Assembly (NCBI GenBank): GCA_964016885.1 | Contig: OZ024743.1 | Location: 85,932,001-85,996,000 of the forward strand | Direction: 5' to 3' | Length of the DNA stretch: 64,000 bases | From: Eledone cirrhosa | Lineage: Eukaryota | Shown here: piece by piece, positions 1-13,900 of the stretch | Position numbering within the stretch: the stretch's first letter is position 1 | Layout of the letters: each line of letters opens with the position of its first letter | The notes under the pieces: generated by a model | What the model saw: only the letters and a program-made list of their open reading frames with translations | Databases searched by the model: none | Told to the model about the DNA's origin: nothing | Program-made: the position numbers and the translations under genes

Positions 1-1306
1 CTTAGTGAGGTAACTACAAGAGAGGTTCTTAGAGAAGAATAAGCCACTATACTTAACTTTTGTTGACCTAGAGAAGGCCTTTTATGATAGGGTACCCCGA
101 TCTGTCATCTGGTGGTCCCTAAGGAAACTAGGTGTAGAGGAATGGCTTGTGAGGACAGTGTAAGCTATGTCAGTAAAGTGAGGGTAGGAATGGAGTTTAG
201 GGAGGAATTTCAGATACAAGTAGGTGTACATCAGGGTTCGGTCCTCAGCCTGCTCTTGTTCATTATAGTCCTCCAAGCCAAAACAAGAGTTTAAGACTGG
301 ATGCCCATGGGAACTTCTCTATGCTGATGATCTGGTTCTTATAGCAGAATCAGTAGAGGAGCTAGAGAATAAATTCTGGCTATGGAAACAGCAGTTGGAT
401 TCAAGAGGACTGAGAGTGAACATAGCTAAGACAAAAGTGTTAATAAGTAGAAGAGAGGACAAAACTCTGATTCCATCAGGGAAATGGCCATTTTTCGATA
501 TGTAGGAAAGGAACTGGCATAAATTCCATAAAATGTACGCAATGCAGATCTTGGGTACACAAGAGATGTAGTGGGATAGCAGGCAAATTAACAGGTAGGG
601 AAAACTATGGATGCAGTAGATGTACAGGGAAAGTTGGTAGTAGTAATCACAGTCAGAGACACATTTTTCCAATGCAGGTGGGTTCTATAGAAGTGGTTGA
701 TAGCTTCCGGTACCTAGGTGATCAGATTAGCATGGGAGAGGAGGTGTTCTGAGGACATAGTATCTAGAATAAGGATGGGTTGGAAGAAATTTAGGGAGCT
801 GCTGCCTCTGTTGACAAAGAAGGGCTTCTCCCTGCATATGAAAGGACAGTTATATGATGCCTGTGTGAGATCCACGATGCTGCATGGTAGTGAGACATGG
901 GCAGCAACTGCAGAGGATATGCGATGGGTGGAGAGAAATGAAGCAAGCATGCTTCGTTGGATGTGCAATGTCAATGTATGTGAACGACCAAGCATAGACA
1001 AGTTGAGAAAGAAACTAAGTATAAGTTGTGCTGTGCAGGAGAGAAGACTGAGATGGTATGGACATGCGATGCGCATGGAGGATGACCACTGGGTAAAGAA
1101 GTGCCAAGAAATCCCAGTAAAAGGAAGACACAGTAGAGGTAGACGACGAAAAACATGGGCAGAGGTGGTGAGAGTAGACCTCAGATTGCTGACACTCACG
1201 GAGGAGATAACAAAGGACCGTGATAAGAGGAGAGATGCTGTGCTGAATAGGACCCATCCCACCCTTGCAAGCAGGGAAAAGCGGACGGAAAATGATGATG
1301 ATGATG
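1..1306 (+). mobile_element. RTE-clade LINE, decayed RT and 3' end
   Basis: FVDLEKAF, GVHQGSVLS, LLYADDLVL and RLRWYGH motifs broken by stops and frameshifts; ends in a (GAT)n tail. Confidence 0.9.
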
Positions 1307-1506
1307 ATATATATATATACAAATATATTACACAGAGAGAAGTGTGTTACACAGTGAGATGTGTGTAAAGAATTATTACATGTGAGTTTAACTGTTACTG
1401 TATGGAAAACAACACCTACGGGTTGGCAATTAAATAGAAAGAACACTAAGTCAGAATCAACTCTCCGAAGTAGAGTTTTAAATTACCAACCTTATAACTA
1501 TAAGCT

Positions 1507-1578
1507 TGCTGATACGAATCTATTTCGTTTCGCCACTGAAATGTGTAGTGTAAAAGTCCACAGGGTCCTCAGTCAGCA
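1507..1578 (-). ncRNA. Type I hammerhead ribozyme motif with imperfect stem II
   Basis: Minus strand: TGCTGA CTGAGGA CCCTG..CAGTGGC GAAA CGAA atAGA TTCG TA TCAGCA. Stem I has 6 bp, stem III has 5 bp, and the cleavage triplet is GUA. Confidence 0.6.
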
Positions 1579-2547
1579 TAATATAATATATACACACACA
1601 CACATTATGTTCATACACGGAACAAAAGTGCTACCCAACATTGGCCACATCTCCAGAATACAAGGGGGATTCAAATTGTGACCTATCTTCAGGCGTTTAT
1701 ATGAGTCTGTATTCTGAAGATATGGTCAATATTGGGCCTTGAAACCTTGGGTAGTGCTTTTGTACCTGTATGAACATAAATAAATCAACTATAAAAATAG
1801 CCCATGTGTATTTGTCAGTTACGCACTAGAGATGACTGAGGAAGGAAGGGGTGATGACAAACTACAGAAAGCAGCGCCCAACATTCGCTACACACATTGG
1901 CTGTTATAATTACGTGAGTATTTGTGTAAATTATATTTATATATATAATATTTGTGTGAGTGTATATGTGTTTGTGTGTGTTTATTCAGAAAGATACATA
2001 GACAATAGAATTACAAACACGCACGTATCTACACATACATATAAACAGACACTTAAAAAAATTATTATTACATACACAGACATCTATGTGATGACTGAGG
2101 AAGGAAGGTGTAGTGAAAAACTATAGTCCAGTGTTCTAAGACTTGTCACAATTGTGTGTGTATATGTGTAGTGAATTGGCTACACAGATTGGCTGTGTGT
2201 TTGTTATACTTATATGAGTCAGCGCGAAGGAACCAACCAACCAACCAACAAACAATCATCTCTTTTTTTATATTATGTATAGATATTACAATTAACCATC
2301 ATCTTTGATGGCATGGAGCCAGCTAGTAATATTTCAGCTCTCTTCTTGATTGAGCACTGTTTTCCTTTTTCACACCTACGGATATTGCTACACACAAATT
2401 ACATACATACAGGGTGTATCAACAAGGTTATATTTTTGAAACAAATGACCAAATACATGTCTGAAAATAAAGTTTTATTCTTTTGATACACACACACTGT
2501 GTGCGTGTACGCGCGTGCGTGCATGTGTGTGTATATATATATCATCA

Positions 2548-2900
2548 TGGAGGCACATGGCTTAGTGGTTAGAGCATTGGCCTTGCAATCGAAAGGTTGT
2601 GAGTTCAATTCTCAGACCGGGTGATGTGTTGTTTCCTCGAGACACTTTATTTCACATTGCTCCAGTTTACTCAGCTGTAGAAATGAGATCATAGGGACTA
2701 GGGTCCCTATCATTCCACTGCAAAAAAAGCACCCAGCCCACAGTGTAAAGTGGACGCGTATGCGCCACAGAAAAAAAGCACCCAGCATTCACTGTAAATG
2801 AGGTTGGTATTAGGAAGGGCATCCAGCTGTAGAAATCAAGCCAGAATCAGTTCCCGTCCCACCCTTGCAAGCAGGGAAAAGCGGACGTAAAATGATGATC
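2548..2900 (+). mobile_element. tRNA-derived SINE with RTE-type 3' tail; close inverted copy at about 57740-58073
   Basis: A-box TGGCTTAGTGG and B-box GAGTTCAATTC. The 3' end matches the RTE end at 1255-1300. Confidence 0.8.
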
Positions 2901-3074
2901 ATCATCATCATCACTGTTTAACATCCATCTTTCATGCTAGCATGGGTTGGATGGTTTGTCCCACTTGAAGCAAGATTGGTCAGGTGACCGTGTCTCATTT
3001 ATACAGAACTGTTTCTGGCAGGTTTTCTATGACTGGATGCCCTTCCTAACACCAACCACATTTTACCCGTACTA

Positions 3075-3960
3075 GACAAAGAACTCTGGTTGGAAACTAT
3101 TAGTAATAGAACGCAAATCCTCCATTTGCATTATGCCAAACCCATGACTTCCAAATACCTGATACACTGAAACTCAGCTGTTTTGGATCACATAAAAATC
3201 AACATACTGATTGTGGACTTAGTAACAGTGATGAGGAACGTGTCCCACATGTGCAACCCCAAAGAATTAGAGACATACATACAACACTTCATCCACCGCA
3301 TACAGTTCTCTGGCTACAATCAGAGGGACAAAATCAGGGTATATAAAGGAGCCAGAACCAAATAGGCAAAGATTGTTGAAAATGATGCAAATGGAACTTG
3401 CCCCATGTATAGGAGCAAATTTTGGAACAGAATAGAAAGGATTAGGAATAAGACAAATAAAATAAACTCATGGTATGATAGCAATAAATACCAGAGTGTA
3501 ACGTTTGTCAATGCAACCCCTAGAAGTGACAAGCTCAAATTAAATATTAAGATAGTTAAAGGACCAGGTATTCCCATAAAAACCCTAATTAGTAAGACCT
3601 ACCCATTTCAAAGTTCCCCCTGTGCTGATAGGAATTGTATAGTCTGCAAGCTAAGCCCGCAAACTAACTGCAAAACTAGGAATGTAGTATATAGCTTAAG
3701 ATGTACTGAGGGGCAGTGCAAGAATAAGAATATAGGATACATAGGTGAAACAGCCCATAGCATAGGAGAAAGGATAAGTAGACACTGGAGAGAACTCCAG
3801 GATGGGAAAAACTCATCAGTACATCAGAAAAACTCCACCAACATGCCAAAATAGAACAGAGATAAAAATTATATCCACACACAGAAAAGATGCAATGCTC
3901 AGACAAATCACAGAGGCGACAAACAAACGAACTCCGACCAAAATTAAACAGAAAACATCT
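3075..3960 (+). mobile_element. Penelope-like element remnant (RT thumb plus GIY-YIG endonuclease)
   Basis: CADRNCIVC...CKTRNVVYSLRC...GYIGETAHSIGERISRH is the GIY-YIG signature. Contains stops and frameshifts. Confidence 0.88.
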
Positions 3961-4034
3961 AATAATTAAGGATAAAATGAAAACATACAGACATACACAA
4001 AAGCCAAACTAACAAAACAAATCAGTACAGTAAC

Positions 4035-4875
4035 CAGGGTAAGAACTTCAGGGAGCTACTACCACTGCTAGCAACAAAAGGCTTTTCTCTCAAAATGAAA
4101 GGTAGACTGTATGATATGTGCATATGAACAGCAATATTACATGGTGGTGAGAACTGGGCGATGTGTACAGAAGACTTACGTAGATTAGAAAGAAACGAAG
4201 CTTGCATGCTCCGATGGATGTGTTATAGTAATATAAGTGAACTACAAAGCATAAACGATTTAAGAGAGAGACTAAGCATAAGAGGAATCAAATGTATGCA
4301 GGAGAGGCGATTGCGTTGGTATGGACATGTGATGCATATGAAGGAAGACAGCTGCATAAAAAAGTACAGAGCACTAAAAGTTGATAGAAGCCTTGGAGTG
4401 GGGAGACCCAAGAAGATCTGGAATGAGGTGATAAAAACTGACCTTGCCCAATTGCACCCCTCAAAGGCGATGACACAGGACTGAGACCTCTGGCATTACA
4501 CAGTAATACAGAAGACCCGAGGACCCACAGGTACAAGCCAAAGCTGAAGCATATAGACAATATGCCCCCACGCCCCTCCCACTATAAAGTGGTCGTGTAG
4601 GTGTTACAAAAAAAAAAAAAAAAAAAAAAAAAAATAAAAAAAAAAAAAAAATCACCCTGTCCACAATGTAACGTGGTCGTGTAGGCACCACGGTAAAACA
4701 GCACCTAGTACTCGCTATAAATGAGGTTGTTGTTAGGAAGGGCCTTCAGCTGTAGAAACCGACCCAAAATCAGTCCTGTATGAACAAGACAGTCACCTGA
4801 CCCGGTATTGCCCACAACAGGACAACCCGTCTAACCCATGCTAGCGTGGAGACACTAACATAAAACGATGATAAT
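4035..4875 (+). mobile_element. 5'-truncated RTE LINE with 3'UTR, apparently nested in the Penelope 3' region
   Basis: LRRLERNEACMLRWMC...RLRWYGHV...GRPKK; (GAT)n tail at about 4867. Confidence 0.85.
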
Positions 4876-5724
4876 GACGACAGAACAAACAACCAACTAG
4901 TGACAAGTAAATAAACACATAAATAAATAAAAACAAACACACACACTCCAATGTAATGCATGCGTAAACTAAACACACAACACACAAAAACAAGATGGTG
5001 TAGGACAGAACAAAGGAGAGGCACAAAATAAAAACCTAGTCACTGAGGAGGTCACAGAATGTGTGATGAAAGAGCTTTGACAATATATAAACAACCATCC
5101 AGTTATTGAACCAACCAACTGGAAACTTATAGTAAATGGAAGTGAAAACTAACAGGTGTGTGTGTTTTTATTGGCAACATGACCCTCCCAAAGTATAACA
5201 ATATCTGTTTCAACACACGTTTTCAGATAAGAAATCTCATAAAACAAATTCAAAAACGAAATATATATATAAAAATTAAGACAAAACAAAACTGCGAACG
5301 AAAACAAGGCAAACAAAAAATTTTTTGAAGGGGAAACCTTAAAAATTATTTTAAGAAAATAAAAATACAAACAAAACACAGAACCCCAGCGTCTTCAGCT
5401 GTTGAGATGGACTTTGATAGTTTTGACCCCGACCAACAGTACTGTTGGTCCACCTGGGGTCACAGCGTCTGACACAAGCCAAAGCGTTGTCTGTGAAGTA
5501 AGAGACACGACAAAACAATAACTTATAGTAATTAAGCTATAACATGTATACATAGAATTTTATATGACGTCAGGGAGAATGCTGTTTTTTATAGCATGGA
5601 AGTCTTGTGAGAAAAAGGAAAGAAAAGGAAAAATGAAGGAAAAAAGCAAGAAGAAAGAAAGAACGATATCATGCTAAATGTAAATAATTATATATATATA
5701 TAATTCTAAGAAATAACTACTTAC

Positions 5725-6983
5725 CGCAACAAGTGCATCTTCAATGAGATGGTCTCGTCGAACTCTTAATCGTAGATACGGCATGGTGGGTGCACCATGA
5801 ACTAATGTTTGTATCAGAGAAGTCCTCCTTTCGTTAAGCATATGAATACGATTGTCAAAGTACATTACAGTGTGCTTAGAGCAAGTTGTTAACAGAAAAC
5901 TGTGGTTTACAAAAGAAAACTTGCTGTTACCAGTCTCTGATTTGTAATAGGAAAAATCTGTGCTAACATCCAAATATTCATTTAAAGGATCATTCACAAA
6001 ATCTTCAAAGGGAACTAATGGCTTTCGGCAGTGTATCGGAGAGATACCGAGTTCCTTGCCTAAAGGATCCTCAATTGGTTTCCTTTGATCTTTTGGTTCT
6101 GCAGCAACAGCACCTAGTAAGTCATGGAAGTTTACGTCAGCATCATTTAATTTTCTCTCTTCATCATTCAATTTCCTTTCTTCATTGATCAACTCCTTTG
6201 AATCATATATTCCACCAAGCATGCTAGCATAGTAGAGAATCTTCATAACTCTAGCTGCGCCACTGATGCCACTGTCATCATTGACAGGGCATCCCCGCCC
6301 CCACTGCACCTCTCCTTTCATCACACGCACTGTAATTAACTGGTGGAGAGAATGCACCATGTTCTGCAGTCGTGGTGCAGGATACTTAGCCCATACACGG
6401 GCCAGCTTCACCTGGCTTAGTAAGGGTAATTGTCCGATCGTGTTGCAGAAATCAGGGAAAGCACTATCGATAAACTCAGGCTCATCTAAAAATGGTATCT
6501 CCATGATAATTATAAAAATATTTATGTAATTTGGGTTTTTTTCAATTGGCTTGTGGTACCTTAAATCCACATCTAGGTTCTTAGATAATGAACAAATGGC
6601 TTGTATTAAGGAACGTTGAAATGGAAGCTCTGGTATTTCCATCAGAGCTTTAAATGCCCTCTGTACCGAAGGTATGTCCACTGTTACATACTCTAAACTC
6701 TCAGAGTCCATCACAGCACTTTCCAAAACACTATCACTTTTAGCTGAAATATTAGGTTCATTTTCATTTTCTTGTTCATCCATATCTTTGTCTAAATCAA
6801 ACTGCATTGCTCTGTGAGTTTCCTTCGATAATGATTCATCATCTTCGCGACGGAAACTCAGAATAATTGCATCTGGTTCATTGAATACAGCACCAATAAG
6901 TCGTATCAGCTTTGACCAGTCATTATCTTTCTTGCACTCCTTAATTATTTCTATTAGTCTTTTCTCTGTTAAAAAATTCTTCA
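5725..6983 (-). CDS. UBE3A: UBE3A/E6AP HECT E3 ligase, large internal exon (pre-HECT region)
   Basis: ORF 5674-6984 has E6AP-like segments (FLTEKRL, LIRLIGAVF, LHQLITVRV, MKILYYAS, CRKPLVPFEDFVNDPLN, MPYLRLRVRRDHLIEDALV). Acceptor tttcag| precedes 6983 and donor GCG|GTAAGT follows 5725. Phase 1 entry matches the upstream exon (G+TG = Val). Confidence 0.95.
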
Positions 6984-7264
6984 CTGAAATTTAAAAAAAA
7001 TAAAAAAAATAAAACATTTTACCAAAGTATTTAAAAAAAGTAACCATAACTTTTCACATGAAACCACAACACATTCTTTAAAAAATACGAAACAGCAAAC
7101 ATTAAAAATTAATGTCTTTACTAGTGTCAATTTTTCCTAACAGTCTGTCCACTAATAAAGATACTTTAAATATTTGAATTAACAAACCTGTTCTTTAGAT
7201 ATTTTCTACTAAATCATTACATGATGTTAAATTCACTGGTTCAATTTAAACAGACATACAACAA

Positions 7265-7770
7265 TAATAATTGTTTCTTCTTTTGGCACAAAGCCAGCAA
7301 TTATCCCAATGCATTACTGTGTTTTATTTTATCGACCCCGTAAGGATAAAAGGCAAAGTTAACTTCGACGGGATTTGAACTCAGACCGCAAAGGGCTGCA
7401 ACTCTTTGCTGCAAAGCATGGCGTCCGACCCTCTACCGATAATAATAATTGTTTCTACTTTTGGCACAAGCCAGCAATTATCCCAGTATATTACTAGTAC
7501 TTTATTTTATCGACCCCGTAAGGATGAAAGGCAAAGTTAACCTCGGCAGGATTTGAACTCAGATCATAAAGGAAGGTAACTATGCTTCAAAGCATGGCGT
7601 CCGACCCTCTACCGATACTGCCAACTCTAGGTAATAATTGTTTCTACTTTTGGCACAAGGCCAGCAATTATCCCAGTGTATTACTGGTACTTTATCTTAT
7701 CGACCCCGTAAGGATGAAAGGCAGAGTTAACCTCGGCGGGATTTGAACTCAGTCCGTAAAGGGACGTTAA
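7265..7770 (-). repeat. Head-to-tail trimer of a tRNA-derived SINE
   Basis: Three ~180-bp units: ataattgtttct..ggcacaaggccagcaatt..tatcgaccccgtaaggatgaaaggc..atttgaactcag. Confidence 0.85.
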
Positions 7771-8724
7771 TAATGATGATGATTCAGGTTAGATATAAGT
7801 CTGTATATTTGGGTAGACACATGGACAATACAAAGACAACCCTCAAAACCACTTAAAAAACAGAAAAAAAAAAAAAAAAAAAAAAAATCAATACTTTTTT
7901 TTTGTTTTGTTTTTAATTGAAATAAAATGAAATGCATTATATATCCAGAATTGAGCTAAGGAAATTTAGTTTTACATTTTGAAATATCAGAATGCATGTG
8001 TGCACTCAACTTCCAATTGAGTTGTAGGGCCATTTTAAACCTGCAGAGCCCTTCCCCTCTCCAGGTTTGAACTTCCAGAGAAGGAAAGAGAGTGATAGAA
8101 AGGGGAAGGAGAAGAATCAATCACAGTACTGGACTGGATTTGTACTTTTTTTTTTTTTTAAATCAATCTTGCAAGTATGAAAGGCATAGTTGACCTCGGT
8201 GGGATTTGAACTCAGAGAGTGTGGAGAGCAAAGAATTCTAATAAGTCTGCATGCAAATCAGCTGCCCTAAAACATCAAAATATGAAACAACACAAAAAAG
8301 AAAAGAATAAAAAAATTTCCAAGGCAAGAGACAATGTCCTTTTACTCTGAATGCTATATTTGGAATTATTAATTAAAAGAGGTGGAGGGAAATCCTCAAC
8401 TTATTTTACTTTCACTAATCTCTTTAGTCCAAAATAACATCACAAGACAGGATTGAAAACAATAGCTTCCAGAAGTAGAAGTAATTAAAACAGGAAAATA
8501 AGAAATCCCCAAAACAATGAATCACTTTGTCTGTGTGTCTCTCTATCATAATAAACCTATGGACTTCATACACTGATAGTAGACATCGATCAGTTTGTTT
8601 ATAACAGTCCTCAAACATCTTGTCATCATCTAAATATAACCCATAGTTACACAGAAACAAGAAAATAGCCTTTGGAACAGGACCAGCCCCATATCCTATA
8701 CAATTGTAATTTCGTACATAACTA

Positions 8725-9030
8725 CAATGTGAAGGCCTAAAGGTTAGGGTGTTCAGCTCGCAATTGTAAGGTTAGAAGTTTGATTCCAAGCGGCATGCTG
8801 TGTCCTTCAGAAATACACTTTATTTCATGTTGTTCCAGTCTGCTCAGCTGACAAAAAATAGTTGTACATGTAATTCAAAAAGCCAACCTTGTCATACTCT
8901 GTGTTATGCTGAATCTCCCTGAGAACTACATTAAGGGTGCATGTATCTGTGAAATGAACAACCACTTGCACATTAATTTCATGAGCTGGCTGCTCCATTG
9001 TTTGAACAACTGGCGCACTTGTTGTCTGAA
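8725..9030 (+). mobile_element. Decayed SINE of a third family; related copies at about 14750-15010, 50480-50750 and 56890-57110 (minus)
   Basis: Shared block ctacattaagggtgc..ccacttgcacattaatttcatgag and a tRNA-like head. Confidence 0.65.
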
Positions 9031-10518
9031 CCAATGAAGGTCTAACAACATAACTACAAAGCTTCCAGTCGTTAATAGGTACAAATAAAATTACAAGGTG
9101 TTCCCACTGTTTTTGAAGATATGATATACATGAAACAAAATAGTGAGAACTGAATATTAAAACCCAACTGCAAAAGATCAATTCTTCAACATCTTAATTC
9201 TTTCTAAAACAAATACTATTAAATCATCATCATCATTATCATAAAGGTAGTGAACTAGTAGCGTTTTTAGAACATCACAAGGAATACTTTACAGCATTTG
9301 TTCCGATCCCACGGTCAACTTTGCCATTCATCCTTTCAAAGTCGATAAATAAAGTACTGGCCCAGTATTGGGATTGATTCTTCCTCAATATCTCTTTCTC
9401 TTTTGCCTTCTCTAGAAGAAATCTGTTGTATTCAGACCTGGAGAGGAAATGGGCACAGGAAAGCTACATGGTTAAGAAATTTACTAGATAATATAACCAT
9501 GTGATACCATGTTTAGTTTCACATTGTGACGCCTTGAGCATGCCCTCAAGCATAGCCTCAAGGCCGCCCAAGACTGTGAATGAAATTGGATAGGTGAAAA
9601 CTCTTCAGATGAACTGTTGGACCATGACAGTAAATCTTTATTCAATAATTTTCAATTAAATTATATGACGTTTGCAATAAGAAAAAAAAAGAAGAAAAAA
9701 AAAAGAAGAAAAAAAAGGAAGGGAGGGAGGAGAGTGTGGCATACTACATTCCATTTAGGCTTTATATCTCAGCTGCACACTGTAAACAAAATGTATTGCT
9801 GCAGAAAACTACTACTAGATCTAGATACTGTAAAAGGTTTAGAGCATGGCAATTGTTGTAGTGAGTCAGTAGGTAAATGTTATTGGAATCAATCCACTAT
9901 GTATATATAGACGTCTAACTCTTGATGGAGTCTTAGGGGCGCCATCATGACATTTGGCATGTGTTAGGCATTTTAAAACTGGTACAGCCCATCTCTTCAC
10001 CAGATCTAAACAAAGATGATTTTTTTCCAGAGAAGTAGAGTTATATAGAGAACAAATCAAGCCCTGTACTAGATTGGTAGTTTGTTTAATGACCTCGAAA
10101 GGATGAAAGGCAAAGTTGACCTCAGCACATATTATCCAATGTTCTAAGAACTCTGCTAATTCTTCACCTCCAACTCCACCATAAACTTCTTTAATTTAAT
10201 GATATATCAAAGTATTTAGGAAATTAAAATTAACTGGAAAGACAAAGTTTCTTAAGAGAAGCAAGAAATTCAATATTTTAAAGAGGTTTGTGTTAATGTT
10301 TATAAACAAATGATTTTAATGTATAAGCAAGATGATGATGATGATGATCATCATCATTTAACATTTGCAAGTATAGGGTCATCACAGACGAAATCAGTAC
10401 TTAATCAGAGCGTCTTCACAGAGTGTACTAGATACATTTTATTGTGGAACCAGCACTAGGGAAGTTGTGCTCTTGACACAACCAAAGAGTCCTCAATAGA
10501 AACATGCAGCAAACTTAC

Positions 10519-10973
10519 CCGTTAATGTAGACTCTTGTCGACCACTAGACTTCATGTTTGATGTGGAGGGTTGTTCATCTTTTGTTCCAAAAATCATAGG
10601 TGCTGAAAAACAGACACTTCCTCCAGCTGACGAGGAAGTAGGACCTCCACCAGCTACACTCACACCAATGCCACCACTGGCTACCTTGCTGTAAACATTT
10701 CGGTCTCGACTGTTGACACAAGACTTGCTGGTTGTGGCCTTTTCCTCGCTCTCTGATGGCCATTTGGCAATCTTGGCAGGGTGAGCCTCGCACAGGCGGG
10801 CTTTCTGTTTAAACAGGTGCAGTGCATGCACAGCAAGCTGGTTACGACTGCAGTTGCTGTAGATGAATGCACTACATGAGGCACAGTTCTCATTCCTACA
10901 GTCACTGTCACCACAGCCATCTGTTAATTGGTAGTAGTAGCGTTCAATCATACGTTTGGCAGCTGCACGCTTC
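10519..10973 (-). CDS. UBE3A: UBE3A exon encoding the AZUL zinc-binding domain
   Basis: KRAAAKRMIERYYYQLTDGCGDSDCRNENCASC matches the E6AP N-terminus. Acceptor tttctag|G AAG (phase 2); donor ACG G|GTAAGT (phase 1). Confidence 0.95.
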
Positions 10974-13900
10974 CTAGAAATTAACAAAAAAAAAAAAATA
11001 CATTTAAAAAAATTATTTTCCTAATCTAATTATAAATTTAAAATAAATGTCAAATACCATTAACAACATTTATTTATTATTATCATTGCACACCCAATGG
11101 AGCATGCTCATTTCATTTCTCTCCAGCCTCTGTATATCCTCTACATTAACTGATCATGTCTTACTACCATGAAACATTGCACTTCATCACTGATGTGGTT
11201 TCATGTGGTACAGAATGTTAAAAGTTAACAGTTTCTACCACTTCTAAAAGCAATACTAATTATTACTTATTTAGGTACAATACTTGGTACAAATATATAG
11301 AGGAAATCAAGGAAGAAGAAATTCTTTTTTGCTTTCCTCACAAGTACATTGTCAACAGAGGTAGTAGCTCCCTAAACTTATTCTAGCCAGTTTTTATTGT
11401 AGGGGAGAGCTATAGTTCAATGTATCAATCAACTCAGTTCAGTAGATTATTGATGTTTTATTGACCATGAAAAGATTTGGATACAGAGAGGACAAATCTA
11501 AATTAATTACAAGACATTTTAACCAATTCTTTGTCTAAACAATGATTCTACATGGTAGAGGACAGTTTAGTTGACTGAATTGCTCGTAGTAAATTATTGT
11601 TATTCTCTTTGTCCATCCTGGCAGAATTTCAATTCAAACTACAAAGGAATAAAACTACCATGACCTAGACACTTTGCTATTTCTGCTCAAACTAAGAAGG
11701 GAGCCTCTACACAAATTTACATGGTCACTCAAGCTGTTAGAAATAGCAACCAAATCTCTTTCAAACCACACCATACTGTATAAATGTCATATAAACTGAT
11801 TGTAATTTGTAGTATCTGTTGTATTTGTTATTAGTTGTATTTATAGTTTGTGCTATAGATTGGATATTGTGCTTATGCTGCGCTGTTTCTATTATCTTGT
11901 AGAAACCTCACGTTTCCAAATTCATTTTGATAAATAAAACAACAATAAAATAAAAATGACATTAGATGTAGTCCTAAAAGAACAAGATAGTCACAGCTGG
12001 AATGCCTTTAATCAGGTCTGCTTGTTCAAAAGTTAAACTACAGCAATTTCTGCCACTTCTAAATGCAATACAAGTAGTTACTGGAAATAATGGATGTTTG
12101 GTCTTTTGGTCTTTTTCAACTAACACGAGACTGTGTTGGTTTTGCTGTTAGACATACAACAGTAACTTTAAACAAAGCTCTTCCAATGTGTTTCCCTCAC
12201 CGTCATCCGGGGAAACGCTTTCTCTATTCTGTCAGCTGGAGCCATAGGGCAGTCAGCGTGTGCCCCCCCCCCCCCATTTGCTTATAATAGTGAGAGATGG
12301 TGAGAATGAGAGAGATGGAAGCAGTAATAATGGAAATTTGATTCTATTATGTTCAGTCCTTGTTAAGAATTTTTTGTTTAAAGTAGTTAGTTATTTAGGT
12401 ATTACTACAGCCATCACTCATAATTGAGTATGACTTAGTAATATGTATGATGCTTTCACTTTCACTAACGGATGGGACAGCTGGAAGGAGAGAGGACTAC
12501 ACCGATACTGGGATGGTACTTCATCAACCAACCCTGAAAGGATGGAAAGCAAAGCAGATCTCAGCAGGATTTGAACTGAGAACACAGAAGCCTGGAAAAA
12601 TATCCAACTCTAACGACACTGTCAAATCAACTGCCTTATTTAGAAATAATATCACCAATGTATAGAGGAAACCAAGGGGAAAGGAATTCTTTATGCTTTC
12701 CACCCAAGCACATTAGCAATGTAAGTCAAGTGAATTTGCTTTAACCCTTTAACATTTAAAGTGGCTGTATTCGGCCAGAATTCTTTCATCTCTTTCTGTT
12801 CAAACCGAACACTCATACCGATGTTAAGGTATTGTTCTCAAAATAAATGATATCAAAATCTCATAGTTTCAATATTGTATAAGATAATTATGTGAGGTAA
12901 AGCGTTTACCAAGAAAATATAGTAAATATAGAGTAATGTAAAAGCTAAAGGGTTAAGTAAGAATTGAAATGTGGTCACATGTTATTTTTGTTAGAAGTAT
13001 ATTTGTAACAGAAACCAGTCACAGATGACCCAAGATGTGAACACCAACCAACAACATACATGTTGTTGGTAAATAGCACTGCACTGTGTTCTAAACAGTT
13101 TGGCAAATGACAAAGCCTTTACATTACCTGACCTATTAGAAATTTGTATATATGGATCTGTAACTCCTGATGGATAGAAAAAAGTACTGGTGCACTACTG
13201 GGATTGATTCTTTCTCTCCCCCCCCCCCCCCTTCTCTGGAAGAAACTGGCTATATTCAGACATGAAGAGAGGATAGTTTCTGCCAGGTTTAACCCTTTAG
13301 CATTTACATTACTCTATATTTATTATATTTTCTCGGTATATTTATTATATTTAACGTCAGTATAAGCAGCCAGTTACAGCCGATTTGAACAGAAAGAGGT
13401 GAGAGAATTCTTGCCAGTTTAAATTCTGAAGGGTTAAAACCCCAAAGAAATCCCATATATAACTATGGCAACATTACAACTTCTTCAGGAATTACAGCTC
13501 TGACAAAATGAGCTGATAAACACAATGTTGTTTATCTCAGACTAACAAAACTAAAGTAGATTAATAAACTATTAACTTATTCTAGATGCTACAACTAAGT
13601 CAAGAGAATATTAGCAAAGTATATTCTTCTAATACAAATATTTTGATATAATTGAATTACTATCATTTACAATTTAAAATATTTTCTTTTCAGCTTTTCA
13701 GCTTTAAAAAAAGAATTGATAAAAGAAGCAGTACTAAGTTTAAGAAACCATATTTATGCTTAAGATTTATCTGTGGTAGCACATGTTGTTGATGTATTAG
13801 TAGATATTAGAATAATATAATGACACCTACACAAGGATGACATGCAAATTCGTGATATCTTTTTAGAATGATGTGAAGTAACAATACTTTTGTTAAGTTT

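Noticed and set aside
2548-2625. tRNA gene
   Set aside because: A and B boxes are present but there is no complete cloverleaf, and the sequence continues into a SINE body.
1-5700. UBE3A HECT-domain exons
   Set aside because: I found no LEM..ENP.DLKKQL.VEF-like sequence; these exons are presumably left of the window.
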